Source: Epithemia pelagica (taxonomy: Eukaryota; Protista; Bacillariophyta). From it: a stretch of DNA of 64,000 bases. The position numbers and the translations under genes are program-made. A model generated the notes under the pieces. That model was not told the origin of the DNA. It was given only the letters and a program-made list of their open reading frames with translations, and ran no database searches. The first letter of the stretch is position 1; the number at the start of each line of letters is the position of its first letter. Shown one piece after another: positions 23,501 through 33,335 of the stretch. The DNA lies in contig OX337229.1 in NCBI GenBank assembly GCA_946965045.2, positions 4,588,001-4,652,000 of the forward strand, in the 5' to 3' direction.

Positions 23501-25215
23501 ACCGGAATCTTTCTATTCTCGCATTGAAGCATAGTCTCCCATCGGATGACGTAGTCAAGGTCACTACTATTACCGATTTTAAACAAGGAATCCTTGACCA
23601 TATGTTGCTCTGTCCAGCACTTGAAACAGAATCAAGTACACCACTGGCTGGATGTTTGCGATCTGCTGTCAATCTTGCTGAAATAGTACCGAAGATAAGA
23701 TCTTCCGGAGCGGCTGATTCAGTTCTGGCAGACATAGCAGGTGCTGTTCCGCCTTCATCGCTATCTCGTCTTGCTGTTTCCTATCTATACCTGGTCGTGT
23801 CAGCGCTATCTCAGCGACACAACCAAGAGTCCCGATCCATCCAACGTCTTCTTGAAGATGACGAAGAATGTGGCTCAACGACTTTCGAGAGGGTTCAATC
23901 TCTGGTGTCTACCACAGATGACCTAAGGATGGCAAGTGTCCTTTTGGAAATGATGTCCTTACTCATCCCAGTGAAAAATGAAGAGTTTCTTCAGAACCTT
24001 ATTGAAACAAGTTTCCGTGTCCTTCATACGACTTACGCTCATTCAACCGGTGAATGTGCTGCGAGAACTGTTCCATATTCAGTCCTCATGGTTGCTTCTT
24101 TGGAAAACAGAGCAATGTTTCCAGATGATATCCAGAGGATTCTCTTTCACACCGTGTGGCGGTGTAGCGATGCACCAGAGACACAACTTGGAAGTGCTCT
24201 AGAACTGCAACGCTCGTTGTTGCTTCGTCATTTTGGGCTTCTGTGTGTTTCACGGGATAGGTGGTGTCTCTTCCGTAGTCATATCCAGGAACTCGTATCC
24301 GACTTCGTGGTCCTAGTCAGCGCAATCTCGGATGGAAAAGATGGAAAGGATACGACCAACCCTCAGTCGTTGACAAGAATGTCACCCAAAAAGGCATCAG
24401 CGAAAAAGAAGAATTCCGTCTTCTGTTTAACGTGGAATACATTTCATGGTTATTTCGAAACACTGCTTCACGTCGCCGTTGCAGGGTTTGCTGTGTTGCA
24501 ACCAGAACCTTCGACGGCCCATGGTCGTCTAAGTCCGTACTCATCCCTTCAGGACGCCGCAGTTGTGTTCCAGACGCTTGTCCTGACATACGGAGACCAT
24601 CTTGAAGCTTTCCCGCGGAAGACTGTCACGGCTGTTTTCCAGGCATCGAGGTTAATATTGGAAGCACTACCATTAAAAATTGCCGAGATTACAGAGTGGA
24701 GGAACAGGCAGCCTCTACGAAAACCTACAAAATACGGAGATTCAGGGTGCCTTAACTATCTTCGTGGTTTCATCGATATTATGGCTTCTAGCATGTGCGC
24801 AAGTCTTCTATTGCTTGGGAATCGTTGGAGAAATCACAAAGATATATCAAATACAGCACAAAGAGGGAAAACCCTATGCTTACTAGCTGAAAAAGCGGCG
24901 ACCAGCTTAAAGGACCTGGCCGCTGCTCACAAAATCCCATTCCCGTGCTTTGAGGTCAACAGAGACTTGAGTTCCGGCGTTTCACAGGAATACCTAAATG
25001 ATTGCAAGACTCCAACGAGCCCATTAAGGAAGAAGCTTCGGCTGGCCTCAGAAACTCAAGAAACCATACGTTTCGAGGACAGTTCGAATGTGAACACTCA
25101 TGAGACAGAAAATCTGGACGAAGTTGAGTTCACAGCTTCTGACAACTGGGGTCCTGTCGGTTTGTCTGTGGAAGATGCGGTGGTTGTGACTGCTGAAATT
25201 CGCCCCTCTAAGTAA
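20579..25215 (+). CDS. Large helical-solenoid protein, FANCD2-like, ~1520 aa
   Basis: Exons 20579-23296 and 23371-25215. Segments LPFLKSLVNVPL…DDFPHLVSCLL and IQKMLQS…GISLA resemble FANCD2 VPILDVLSSLRL…EDLPVIIKFIL and IRKQLSS…GIIGA. Length is similar. Assignment by eye only. Confidence 0.55.
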
Positions 25216-25259
25216 CACAGAACTGGTCTTCGAGTCTACCCATGTTCTAGCTAGTGGGG

Positions 25260-25373
25260 CTCCCGTTCAGGTTTGACTGTCACTAACCATTTGGCCATCT
25301 TGTAGTCCATTCAAATCTCCCGTTCAGGTTTGACTGTCACTAGCCATTTGACCATCCTGTAGTGCATCCAAAT
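25260..25373. repeat. 57-bp tandem duplication of the last codons and stop of the RGG-rich gene
   Basis: 25260-25316 versus 25317-25373, 52/57 identical. Confidence 0.9.
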
Positions 25374-28300
25374 CATCTTGGATCGCTTCTATACCAATTG
25401 GCAACTTTTCAAGCACGTTGAATTGTGCGCGAAGATTTCGATGTTTAGCTTTGAGAAGCATATGCTTTGCGTACGCAAATTCCAGTTCAGCCTTCATATC
25501 AGCAAGACGAGTGAGAGCAAGGACTACAGCACTGGGTGGGCTAGGTTCAGGCGGAGTAATCACTGGGGGGCCTGGATTCTCGGGCGGGGCAGGCTGTGAC
25601 GCAGTTTCTTGTGATACCAATGAGTTGGCTTTCTCGGGTGTCTTCACTGCCACATCTTTGGTTGACATTGCAGAAGTTCCCATGGACACGTAATCACCGA
25701 TGAATGATTGATTGCTGTCTTGTGTTTGTACATTAACTACACTCTGAGCGTTGTGCTGCGAACTGGAGGTTTTCGCGTTGGAATTATCATCAAAGAAACG
25801 TCGTTCGACGTCCATTTGTGCAAAGGGACCTCGAGGATATGCCATGTCACCAAACCTTCCACCAGAACGACCTCCAGGGGCCACCACACCCCTGGCATAA
25901 TCTGCCCGTCCACGTCCACCGCTTCGTCCATACATCCGACCGGCACCAAAACCTCCCATAGGGGCTCGACCACGGCCAGGAAGCCCTCCCTCCGCTCTCC
26001 CGCCGAAGCCTTCTCCTCTAGCGACAAAAGAGTCTGGACCACCACCGAACGCGTCTCCAACGCCGATGTTTCTACCCCCAGCAAAATTATCACCTCTACC
26101 ACCATACCCGTACATATTGGCAGACCTACCCCGTCCCTCTTGAAAACCACGTCCACGTGTATCATTTTGAAGCCTTCCGCCCTCATCTCTGGTAATTCCC
26201 ATCCTACCACCCGGTGATACCCGGCCTCCAACAATCGGTTTCCCTCCATAACGGGGAGAAACACGTGGTCGCTCTTCAAATCGTCCACCCAAGTCATGCA
26301 GAGGTTCTGCACGATCTAGGGGTCTGTCCGTGAATGGAGGCTGCGAATCTTGGCTGCTTCTTGATTCGGAGGGTTCACCATTCACAAAAGGGGGAGTGCC
26401 TCCCCATCTTGTGTTCGCACGACTTGCTGGGTCACCTGATGTTCCGTGGGATAGGCTCCCAGCAACTGATGTCGTTTCATGTTGAGGTGGAGCGGATACT
26501 TCCCGGTCTCCATAATGTGCAAAAGGCATTCGTTTCAGATGCTGTTCACCCTTCACAGCCGATTCCGAGGGACCAGATATCGGCTTTGGAGGGTTCTCTT
26601 GTATGGGGGGTGTCTTCCATGTGGTGAGCGGTTCACGTTCTGAGGGTGAAGATAAAGCTGTGTATGTTGGATTTTGTTTGTTGCCCGCTGTTATCGTCGG
26701 CCCGCCTTGGAGAGGATGTTGTTTCGGTTCAAATCTTGGTCGTCCCTCTCCAAGTTGACGACTTTCTGGTTTCGAAGCTGTCTCGCGTCTGTTGATGCCC
26801 GCAGGTCCAGATGGAACTGAAAGCTGTTGTGTCGAACTAACTGGATCGACCGAGGGAACGTAAGCATCTGAATAGCTCCTAAGCGTTTTCCCAGGCTCGC
26901 TGTACTGAAACGGAGGATCCGGCATCTCGATATCACCATCACGACTTGCCCCAAGCGGCCTATCTAGTTGCTGTCGTCCACTCTTTGATTCAGCGTTGTC
27001 TGAGATATGCGATATACTAGGTGCCACATCCGCTACACTCTTGGACGGCAAATCCTTTGTGTCCATAAGTTTTTTCCCAGGACCTTCGGAGAAATCGTCT
27101 TGGTTCCCGGGAGCTATACCGCCGTTGCCGTCCGAGGACTCACGTGGCCTCTTGGCACCCGTAACGGATGGTGTATCAGAGTTTCCCTCTGTTAGTTTCG
27201 ACATTTCTTTTTCTCGCTTGACGGCGGCATCTCCGGCAATAATTGAAGTGTAGTCACTGACGACACTGACACTGCTCGCTTTGGTTACTTCTACGGGCGT
27301 CTTTTCATAGGCATAACGAACACTGCCCGAGGAACGACCACGGCCAGAGCCCCGAAACCCTCGCCCCGTGAACTCCCTGCTGTTTCCTCGACCTCTTTCA
27401 TCCCTAGAGGACATGGAGGGACCGTACGATGAAAGTGAGTCGTCAACATTCCTTCCATCGGAGATGGATGAGTAGGTCTTGCTGTCACTTGATCTCCCGC
27501 GACCTGTTCCTCGAGAAAAGCGGCCTCCTCCGCCACCACCCCGATAACTCTTTTGTCCTCCTCCACTCGCTCTGTCAGTGATGGAGGAACCACCAATATG
27601 ACTACTGCTGCCCCGTTCTGAGGGCAGTAAGCTGCTAGTGCTCTCCAAACTATTCCTACGTTTCTCGGAACGACCCGAGGGATCACCTCCACGCCAAAAT
27701 CGACCACCAGACCGACCACTGCCTCCTCCAGATCCATAGTGGTCACCGGCACTACCCTGAGATGAGTCCAGTTTTGCCGATGAGGCAGCACTTGTGAATC
27801 GATCTCCTAGGCTGTGTCGAGGATGCATGTCTTGGTCAGTGTCATTGGATGCCAACGACATTCTTCGGTTTCCAGTAGCACCAATCGAATTAGCTCCACG
27901 TCCACCAGAGCGTTGTCCATCCCCTCGACCTGATGAGAATCGTCCTCCTTTTCCGCCACGTCCACCCTCCCTCTTCCCACCGTAGCTGTACTCATTACTC
28001 AGCACCGACGAATCAAGACTTCGTCTTCGAGATCCCCGTGCTTCTGATCCATGGCCTCTGCCTCCTCCACCTCCACGATACGACGACCGGCCACCACCAC
28101 CTCGTGGCGTCCGGCTGTTGGAAGGTGGATCATTGCTATTTGCGTTGCTTGAACTAGTGTTGTTGTTGCTACCAGTACTGCTCGAAGAAGCTCGGAGAAG
28201 ACTTGAAGGAGGTTGCATGTTGGCCAAGGAAGCATAGGACGACAAGCATGAACCCGAGATGTTGTTTGTGTTGGAAGCAGGTTGAGAAGACGACGATGAA

Positions 28301-28404
28301 AGACGCGCTCCCAACCCTGGAGTGGGATCATGTTCCGGAATTTCACCAGCTTCTTCATCCGAAGGTGAACGTCTTCGCGACGATGAACGCCCCGAAGGTG
28401 TCAT
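25324..28404 (-). CDS. RGG/Gly-Ser-rich low-complexity protein with C-terminal predicted coiled-coil, 1026 aa, unknown function
   Basis: Uninterrupted 3.08-kb ORF from ATG. Two RGG/RG clusters. C-terminal LALTRLADMKAELEFAYAKHMLLKAKHRNLRAQFNVLE. Confidence 0.8.
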   Translation of the reverse strand: MTPSGRSSSRRRSPSDEEAGEIPEHDPTPGLGARLSSSSSQPASNTNNISGSCLSSYASLANMQPPSSLLRASSSSTGSNNNTSSSNANSNDPPSNSRTPRGGGGRSSYRGGGGGRGHGSEARGSRRRSLDSSVLSNEYSYGGKREGGRGGKGGRFSSGRGDGQRSGGRGANSIGATGNRRMSLASNDTDQDMHPRHSLGDRFTSAASSAKLDSSQGSAGDHYGSGGGSGRSGGRFWRGGDPSGRSEKRRNSLESTSSLLPSERGSSSHIGGSSITDRASGGGQKSYRGGGGGGRFSRGTGRGRSSDSKTYSSISDGRNVDDSLSSYGPSMSSRDERGRGNSREFTGRGFRGSGRGRSSGSVRYAYEKTPVEVTKASSVSVVSDYTSIIAGDAAVKREKEMSKLTEGNSDTPSVTGAKRPRESSDGNGGIAPGNQDDFSEGPGKKLMDTKDLPSKSVADVAPSISHISDNAESKSGRQQLDRPLGASRDGDIEMPDPPFQYSEPGKTLRSYSDAYVPSVDPVSSTQQLSVPSGPAGINRRETASKPESRQLGEGRPRFEPKQHPLQGGPTITAGNKQNPTYTALSSPSEREPLTTWKTPPIQENPPKPISGPSESAVKGEQHLKRMPFAHYGDREVSAPPQHETTSVAGSLSHGTSGDPASRANTRWGGTPPFVNGEPSESRSSQDSQPPFTDRPLDRAEPLHDLGGRFEERPRVSPRYGGKPIVGGRVSPGGRMGITRDEGGRLQNDTRGRGFQEGRGRSANMYGYGGRGDNFAGGRNIGVGDAFGGGPDSFVARGEGFGGRAEGGLPGRGRAPMGGFGAGRMYGRSGGRGRADYARGVVAPGGRSGGRFGDMAYPRGPFAQMDVERRFFDDNSNAKTSSSQHNAQSVVNVQTQDSNQSFIGDYVSMGTSAMSTKDVAVKTPEKANSLVSQETASQPAPPENPGPPVITPPEPSPPSAVVLALTRLADMKAELEFAYAKHMLLKAKHRNLRAQFNVLEKLPIGIEAIQDDLDALQDGQMASDSQT

Positions 28405-28624
28405 TTTAAATTCACACTCTCTCCCTTTACCCGATCACGATCCTTCCCGAGAGAGCAGAAAACAGATCAAATGAAAAAAAAGAAAAAAGGACGGAAGACA
28501 AAGATAACTTCAGACGGCCTCTACCTGTCGCTAGCTATTAGAGCGAAGTATACTCCATGATTGGTGGGTAGGTTAAGTTGGAGGAGATAGCATCCTTCTT
28601 CTGCCTTTTACTCCTAGAAGCTTG

Positions 28625-31366
28625 TTACTCCAACGAAAGCTTAACTGATTGTGAAGATGACTTGAGCTCTTTCTCTAACCTTGGAATCAGATTATCCTCC
28701 AAATGATGGTTGATCCAGCAATTGCAGTAGTTGCCGGATTCGTCATGGAAAATATTCTTTGTGTGATCCTCATCCACAAAGGCAGTCGAGTCCGGACATT
28801 CCAGGCCTACTGGACAAACATGTTTGGAGGCATTCAAACAGAGGGATGATCGATAGATAGTTTCATAGGGAAGCACCGATTTCGTATGCACAAGACATCC
28901 CTCCTGGACATCATCCAAGAAAGTATCACCCCATTCCCAGTCTTTGACCAAGCGTGTATATTGCCGATATGAGTTTTGGGTACGTTCGCTGTAGTACTCT
29001 GTCATGGGTTTCGTGATGGTAGAGTAATGGACATAATGAGACAAGACAAATTCAGGTCGATAAATTTGTTTCATGGCCCTTTGGAACCGGTCTGGTTTTG
29101 GCGGCCGAATATATTCACAATTGTACACTCGCAAAAATGTTTCTGAGGCAAGAGGTTGGACGCAGAGTTCCTTCGGAAGCGGAGATTTGTCGTTGCCTCG
29201 ACACACATGGTTGGTGTCGTTCACAATAGTCTCCATCAAGGACCGTCGTGGACGACCTCGACTCGACCGCATCTTTAGAACATGGAATCCTTCTTGTCGT
29301 TTCTTCTCGAGTACCGGAGTCCATGTCGTGACACGGTCAGGGGTCGCATGGGCGGTGGCGTTCGATGGCATCATCATCATTGGGACCAAGTATTCATCAG
29401 TGTCGATAAAGGCCATCCATTCGGTTTCAGGTCCAAAGCGTTCTCGACAAGATGCTTCTGCCGCATACTGAGACGACCGTTCTCCAGGGTTTGGATGATT
29501 GGGTCGATTGTTTGAACAAACCTGACAAGGCCAGGGAATGTATGAAACAGATTCCGGTGAAAAATAGCGTTCGACGAGCGTCTTGAGAGGAGAAACAAAC
29601 AAAGTGTTACTGGTCGAATTTTGCGCGGGTTGGGAGTTGTCGTAGACATAAATATGATCAACCCCAACGAGTTGATGAAAAACGATCCATTCTCGAAGTC
29701 GGCGCTCCGAGTCCGAGATAGCGGTTTCATCTCCACGACGAAAGTAATTAGCAGCTGTCCAGGTACATAACACAAAGTTGTGGGGTTTGTCCCTCTGCTT
29801 TTGGCCTGGTTTCGTTGTTATCGGTTCAACTTGCCTTTCCAGGCCATCATTCTTCCGCGGTGTGACTGCTTTGTTCCAGGATAGAGGGAGGTTGGCCCAC
29901 CGACCGGAATTCTCAACAAGCTCCCTGATCTCTCGAGATGGAGTTTGTCTCTTCATAAGCGACTGCTGCTGTTGACGTTCCTTAATAGGCTTGTATTCAT
30001 TGGGGCCCACATGATCCTCAGAAAACATGAGTTCTCCGGCGCGCCGAACACTTGTGCGAAGAGGAACCAAGTCGACAAACCACTGGTCAGATGATTCACA
30101 TCCAATGTTTGCAGAAACTGTCAATGGTACTGGACACGAGAACAAGAGCTGCGACAATTCAAACTGCTCGACATCTTTGCCTTTCTCCACAAACATGCCC
30201 TTGAGGTTCCTCTTTCTCCATAATATATACTCATAGTTGAAATTGAACTGGGAGAAAGTGACCAGGGAGGATTGGTCCGAAGCAGTTGAATGGAAATGAC
30301 AAAGAAATCTAGTTTCAGACACAGTTGCTGTATCCAGGGACTCCGCTAACTCAAGGGTGGTGTTGGAGTTGCTAACCGCAACGGGTATGCTTTGAAACAG
30401 AGCCACTTGAGGTTCCCAATGCTTCATGATGGCATCCTTCCCTTTCCCTGTCTGGCAGCGACGTTTGTTCTGAGCGACAAATCGAACTCGCCCTCCAATT
30501 GGCCTGCTTTTTGTGTCGGCGTGGGCTTCACCATCCTTGACGTACCAATAGTCATGAATCCAAGGAAGATATGGGTCTTCCTCTGGAAAATCGTCAATGG
30601 GCAAGAAAGATGAAGGGAGGAAAGAGGTTTCACAACGATTGTGGCTCTCATTTTGTGCCATGCCTCTAGAGGGAAAAGTTATTGAGCTCAGTGATGATGT
30701 ATCTCCAACATCATCAAGATGATTGGCTTTTCCGCTTTGTAGAAACAGAGTCAGACTCGTCGTCTGTGTGCTATTGAGGATTTTTCGACTAGGTGCAAGC
30801 TCAACAACATAAGAAGTATCCTCTCCAAGACTACTTGATCTCCGAGATGACAAAACTCTCTGATTCTCCTTTTTAGTCGCATGATCCAAGGGAGGGTCTC
30901 TTCGGTTCCGAGTTTCTTTTTTCGGGAGAGGTTGATGTTTGGTTTTGGATTCAGAAGTTGGAGGTTGTTGTTTCACAGGCTTTTTCCGATCCATCGAGTT
31001 CTGTCTTCCCCGTGACTCTCGGAGACTGAGCTCCTCTGAAGACTTACGTAGAGATACATGAGGATTGATTGTATCTATCATCTGAATTGATGGTGGGGCA
31101 GGGTGTAGAAATGCCAAGCTTAGAATTGTCCCAAACATCAAAACCGGAAGAAACAGAGCAAGTCGACTTGTGCTTATGTTGGCTGGTCGATTAGGCTGCC
31201 TGCTTCTGCCTGGGATTGGGTAATGACGATGATAAATTGGCATTGTCGTCTTGTAGCTGTAAGGGTCGCGGTATGTTCTGTCAACGTCCTCGACCGGACA
31301 GGCCTGACTGATATTTCGCTTCTGCGCCGCACGAGGTCGCAAGAGGGGATCATTCCTGATCGTCAT
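28625..31366 (-). CDS. Glycosyltransferase family 92 (DUF23)-like type II membrane protein
   Basis: N-terminal TM LALFLPVLMFGTILSLAFL; LREWIVFHQLVGVDHIYVYDN; WMAFIDTDEYL (DxD motif); VHYSTIT. Confidence 0.8.
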   Translation of the reverse strand: MTIRNDPLLRPRAAQKRNISQACPVEDVDRTYRDPYSYKTTMPIYHRHYPIPGRSRQPNRPANISTSRLALFLPVLMFGTILSLAFLHPAPPSIQMIDTINPHVSLRKSSEELSLRESRGRQNSMDRKKPVKQQPPTSESKTKHQPLPKKETRNRRDPPLDHATKKENQRVLSSRRSSSLGEDTSYVVELAPSRKILNSTQTTSLTLFLQSGKANHLDDVGDTSSLSSITFPSRGMAQNESHNRCETSFLPSSFLPIDDFPEEDPYLPWIHDYWYVKDGEAHADTKSRPIGGRVRFVAQNKRRCQTGKGKDAIMKHWEPQVALFQSIPVAVSNSNTTLELAESLDTATVSETRFLCHFHSTASDQSSLVTFSQFNFNYEYILWRKRNLKGMFVEKGKDVEQFELSQLLFSCPVPLTVSANIGCESSDQWFVDLVPLRTSVRRAGELMFSEDHVGPNEYKPIKERQQQQSLMKRQTPSREIRELVENSGRWANLPLSWNKAVTPRKNDGLERQVEPITTKPGQKQRDKPHNFVLCTWTAANYFRRGDETAISDSERRLREWIVFHQLVGVDHIYVYDNSQPAQNSTSNTLFVSPLKTLVERYFSPESVSYIPWPCQVCSNNRPNHPNPGERSSQYAAEASCRERFGPETEWMAFIDTDEYLVPMMMMPSNATAHATPDRVTTWTPVLEKKRQEGFHVLKMRSSRGRPRRSLMETIVNDTNHVCRGNDKSPLPKELCVQPLASETFLRVYNCEYIRPPKPDRFQRAMKQIYRPEFVLSHYVHYSTITKPMTEYYSERTQNSYRQYTRLVKDWEWGDTFLDDVQEGCLVHTKSVLPYETIYRSSLCLNASKHVCPVGLECPDSTAFVDEDHTKNIFHDESGNYCNCWINHHLEDNLIPRLEKELKSSSQSVKLSLE

Positions 31367-31732
31367 GATTTACCACCAGCGCTCGATGCAATATGTACCG
31401 CCATTGCTATTCGCCATTCGCCATTGTCATTTTGAATGTGGAAATGAAGGCGAGTCGACAGTCGACACGATTGCAGCGACTCTTTCGCGATAGAAAAGTT
31501 CTATGATGGCTATGGGCAATGCCGCACCTTCTCATATGTCCAAGGAGTACTCCTACTCCTAGGAGTAAGTAAGGAAAAAAGATGTGTTCCTCATGTATTA
31601 TGGTACATTGACTAAGTATGAAAGCAATAATTGATAAACTGCGAATTGCGCCCGACATAGCTACAATCTTTGTCCGAAAATGGGCATCCTGTCCTGAAAA
31701 AAGAAATCATCAAAAGGCTGAGGGCCCCAATC

Positions 31733-32431
31733 CTAGGCAGCCTCAGCAGTCTCACCAAGAACATCTTTGGCAGCTTTCGCTACAGAATCTAGTTCCACAT
31801 CTCCGTTTGTTTCGGGCAAAGACTTTGACAGGCGTTGACAAGCAAGAATCACCTTATCAAAAAGCCGCACAAGATAGCGCTTGTTCTCGATACGGCTTGG
31901 AAATTGTACAGCTTGCATCTTCACTTCCCCCTTCTCGACGTTATATCTCTGGATTCCAAGAACCTGCTGTAAGATTTGTTTTCCCAGGTCATCCAGAGGA
32001 AGATCCTTAATATCCACTAGTAGATAAACGCGATGTTCATTGGTATGTATATGTGGTGGTCGGATTGTTTTGCCGAATGATGCAGACTTGAAACGCAACA
32101 AATCCTCTCGAAGTCCACATTCAAGGTACTTAGGAGGAGGCTTTTTCAAAACTGGATTCTTTCCTTTTCCAAAAACGGGGCAAACATGATCGTCGTTGAC
32201 AAGCGAGTCGAGAGGGCTGGTGTAGGTGGAAAAGCTTTGGGGGTGTATGGTGCCCCCAACAGCAACTCGTTCTTGATGGAACGAACCAGCGACTCGGCAA
32301 GATAAAGGACCCAGGTTCTTAGTTTGGACAAACAACGCTGGTAAAGAAAATGATCTTCGACCAATGCATCGCTGGATAGAGCCAATTCGCCCCGTTAGAA
32401 CTTTTGATACGGCAGTACTAGAAGAAGGCAT
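31733..32431 (-). CDS. MRPS35: Mitochondrial small-subunit ribosomal protein mS35 (MRP-S28 family)
   Basis: Ser/Arg-rich presequence from ATG 32431. Core HRVYLLVDIKDLPL…QILQQVLG…RYNVEKGEVKMQAVQFPSRIENKRYL. Confidence 0.7.
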   Translation of the reverse strand: MPSSSTAVSKVLTGRIGSIQRCIGRRSFSLPALFVQTKNLGPLSCRVAGSFHQERVAVGGTIHPQSFSTYTSPLDSLVNDDHVCPVFGKGKNPVLKKPPPKYLECGLREDLLRFKSASFGKTIRPPHIHTNEHRVYLLVDIKDLPLDDLGKQILQQVLGIQRYNVEKGEVKMQAVQFPSRIENKRYLVRLFDKVILACQRLSKSLPETNGDVELDSVAKAAKDVLGETAEAA

Positions 32432-32722
32432 ATTGGGCCTTGTATCTTTGTTGTTGTTTCGTTGTTTCCTTTCGGCAGGTACTTCAGTCAATTAGAGCAG
32501 TTGCTGTGCCTTTCTTCGTTCAATGATTCGCCAGTGCCCAATGGTATCGATACCAAGTCTCCTTCCAAACAAGGATGAACTAAAATCTTCTGGTTCGCTT
32601 GTCTTGTTGACCTTCCGAAGAGAGTTGGGTGTGATGTGTGCGAGACATTCGGATTCGGCGGAGTGTGTGGATCCCAACAGGCGAACAGAAGGCACCTGCG
32701 ACAGAAGGACAAACGGTGGACA

Positions 32723-33027
32723 GAAAACTACCATACGCAACTCACGCACGAGACGAACACCCATGTGTCGGACGAATTCCTTATCGCTATCTTTGCTACC
32801 CGGCGAAAAAAACCCATATCTCGAGGCCTTTCCCATAATTTTTGATGAAAGACAAAGACGATGGGAGTAGATGGAAAACTACCATACGCAACTCACGCAC
32901 GAGACGAACACCCATGTGTCGGACGAATTCCTTATCGCTATCTTTGCTACCCGGCGAAAAAAACCCATATCTCGAGGCCTTTCCCATAATAATTTTTGAT
33001 GAAAGACAAAGACGATGGGAGTAGATG
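32723..33027. repeat. Near-perfect 151/154-bp tandem duplication
   Basis: 32723-32873 and 32874-33027 are identical except that CCCATAATTTTT in copy 1 reads CCCATAATAATTTTT in copy 2. Confidence 0.95.
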
Positions 33028-33136
33028 GAATATTGGGTGGAACTACTCCAGCAAAGCTTGGTTTCTGGCTAATAGTTTTTCTGCAAAGTGTTATGATGTA
33101 GATGAAAAAGTCGACACCAACACGTGGGCGCATTGT

Positions 33137-33233
33137 CATTGAAGGCTTTTCAGGTCACAAAAAGTCTTGGACGTGGATGCACAATTGCACCAAATGCCCT
33201 GCTTGATTGTCACCGTCATTCTGTCTCCCAATG
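33137..33233 (-). promoter_or_regulatory. Candidate SECIS element (long apical stem) in the SelO 3' UTR
   Basis: Helix I CAUUGGGAG/CCUUCAAUG; core AUGAC (33219-33215) opposite UGAA (33152-33149); helix II GGUGACAA/UUGUGACC; AA exactly 11 nt after AUGA (33204-33203); apical stems GGGC/GUCC and UGGUGCA/UGCAUCCA. Folded by hand. Confidence 0.6.
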
Positions 33234-33335
33234 CGCACGTGCTCTACCGACCCAGCGGTAGTTGATCGACGAGGATTTGTCTTCGCGCGACAGTTTGCCA
33301 CAAGCATAAAGCTGTGGCATGTAAAATTGTCGCGC

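Noticed and set aside
25708-27791. Long antisense and alternate-frame ORFs over the RGG gene (and similar ones over SelO, BUB1, RING and G3BP)
   Set aside because: Shadow ORFs of biased coding sequence, with no independent motifs.
33170-33219. Shorter canonical-size SECIS fold (GGUGACAAU with AUUGUGCAUC)
   Set aside because: Lacks the 3' GA needed for the quartet. The longer register using UGAA at 33152-33149 satisfies it.
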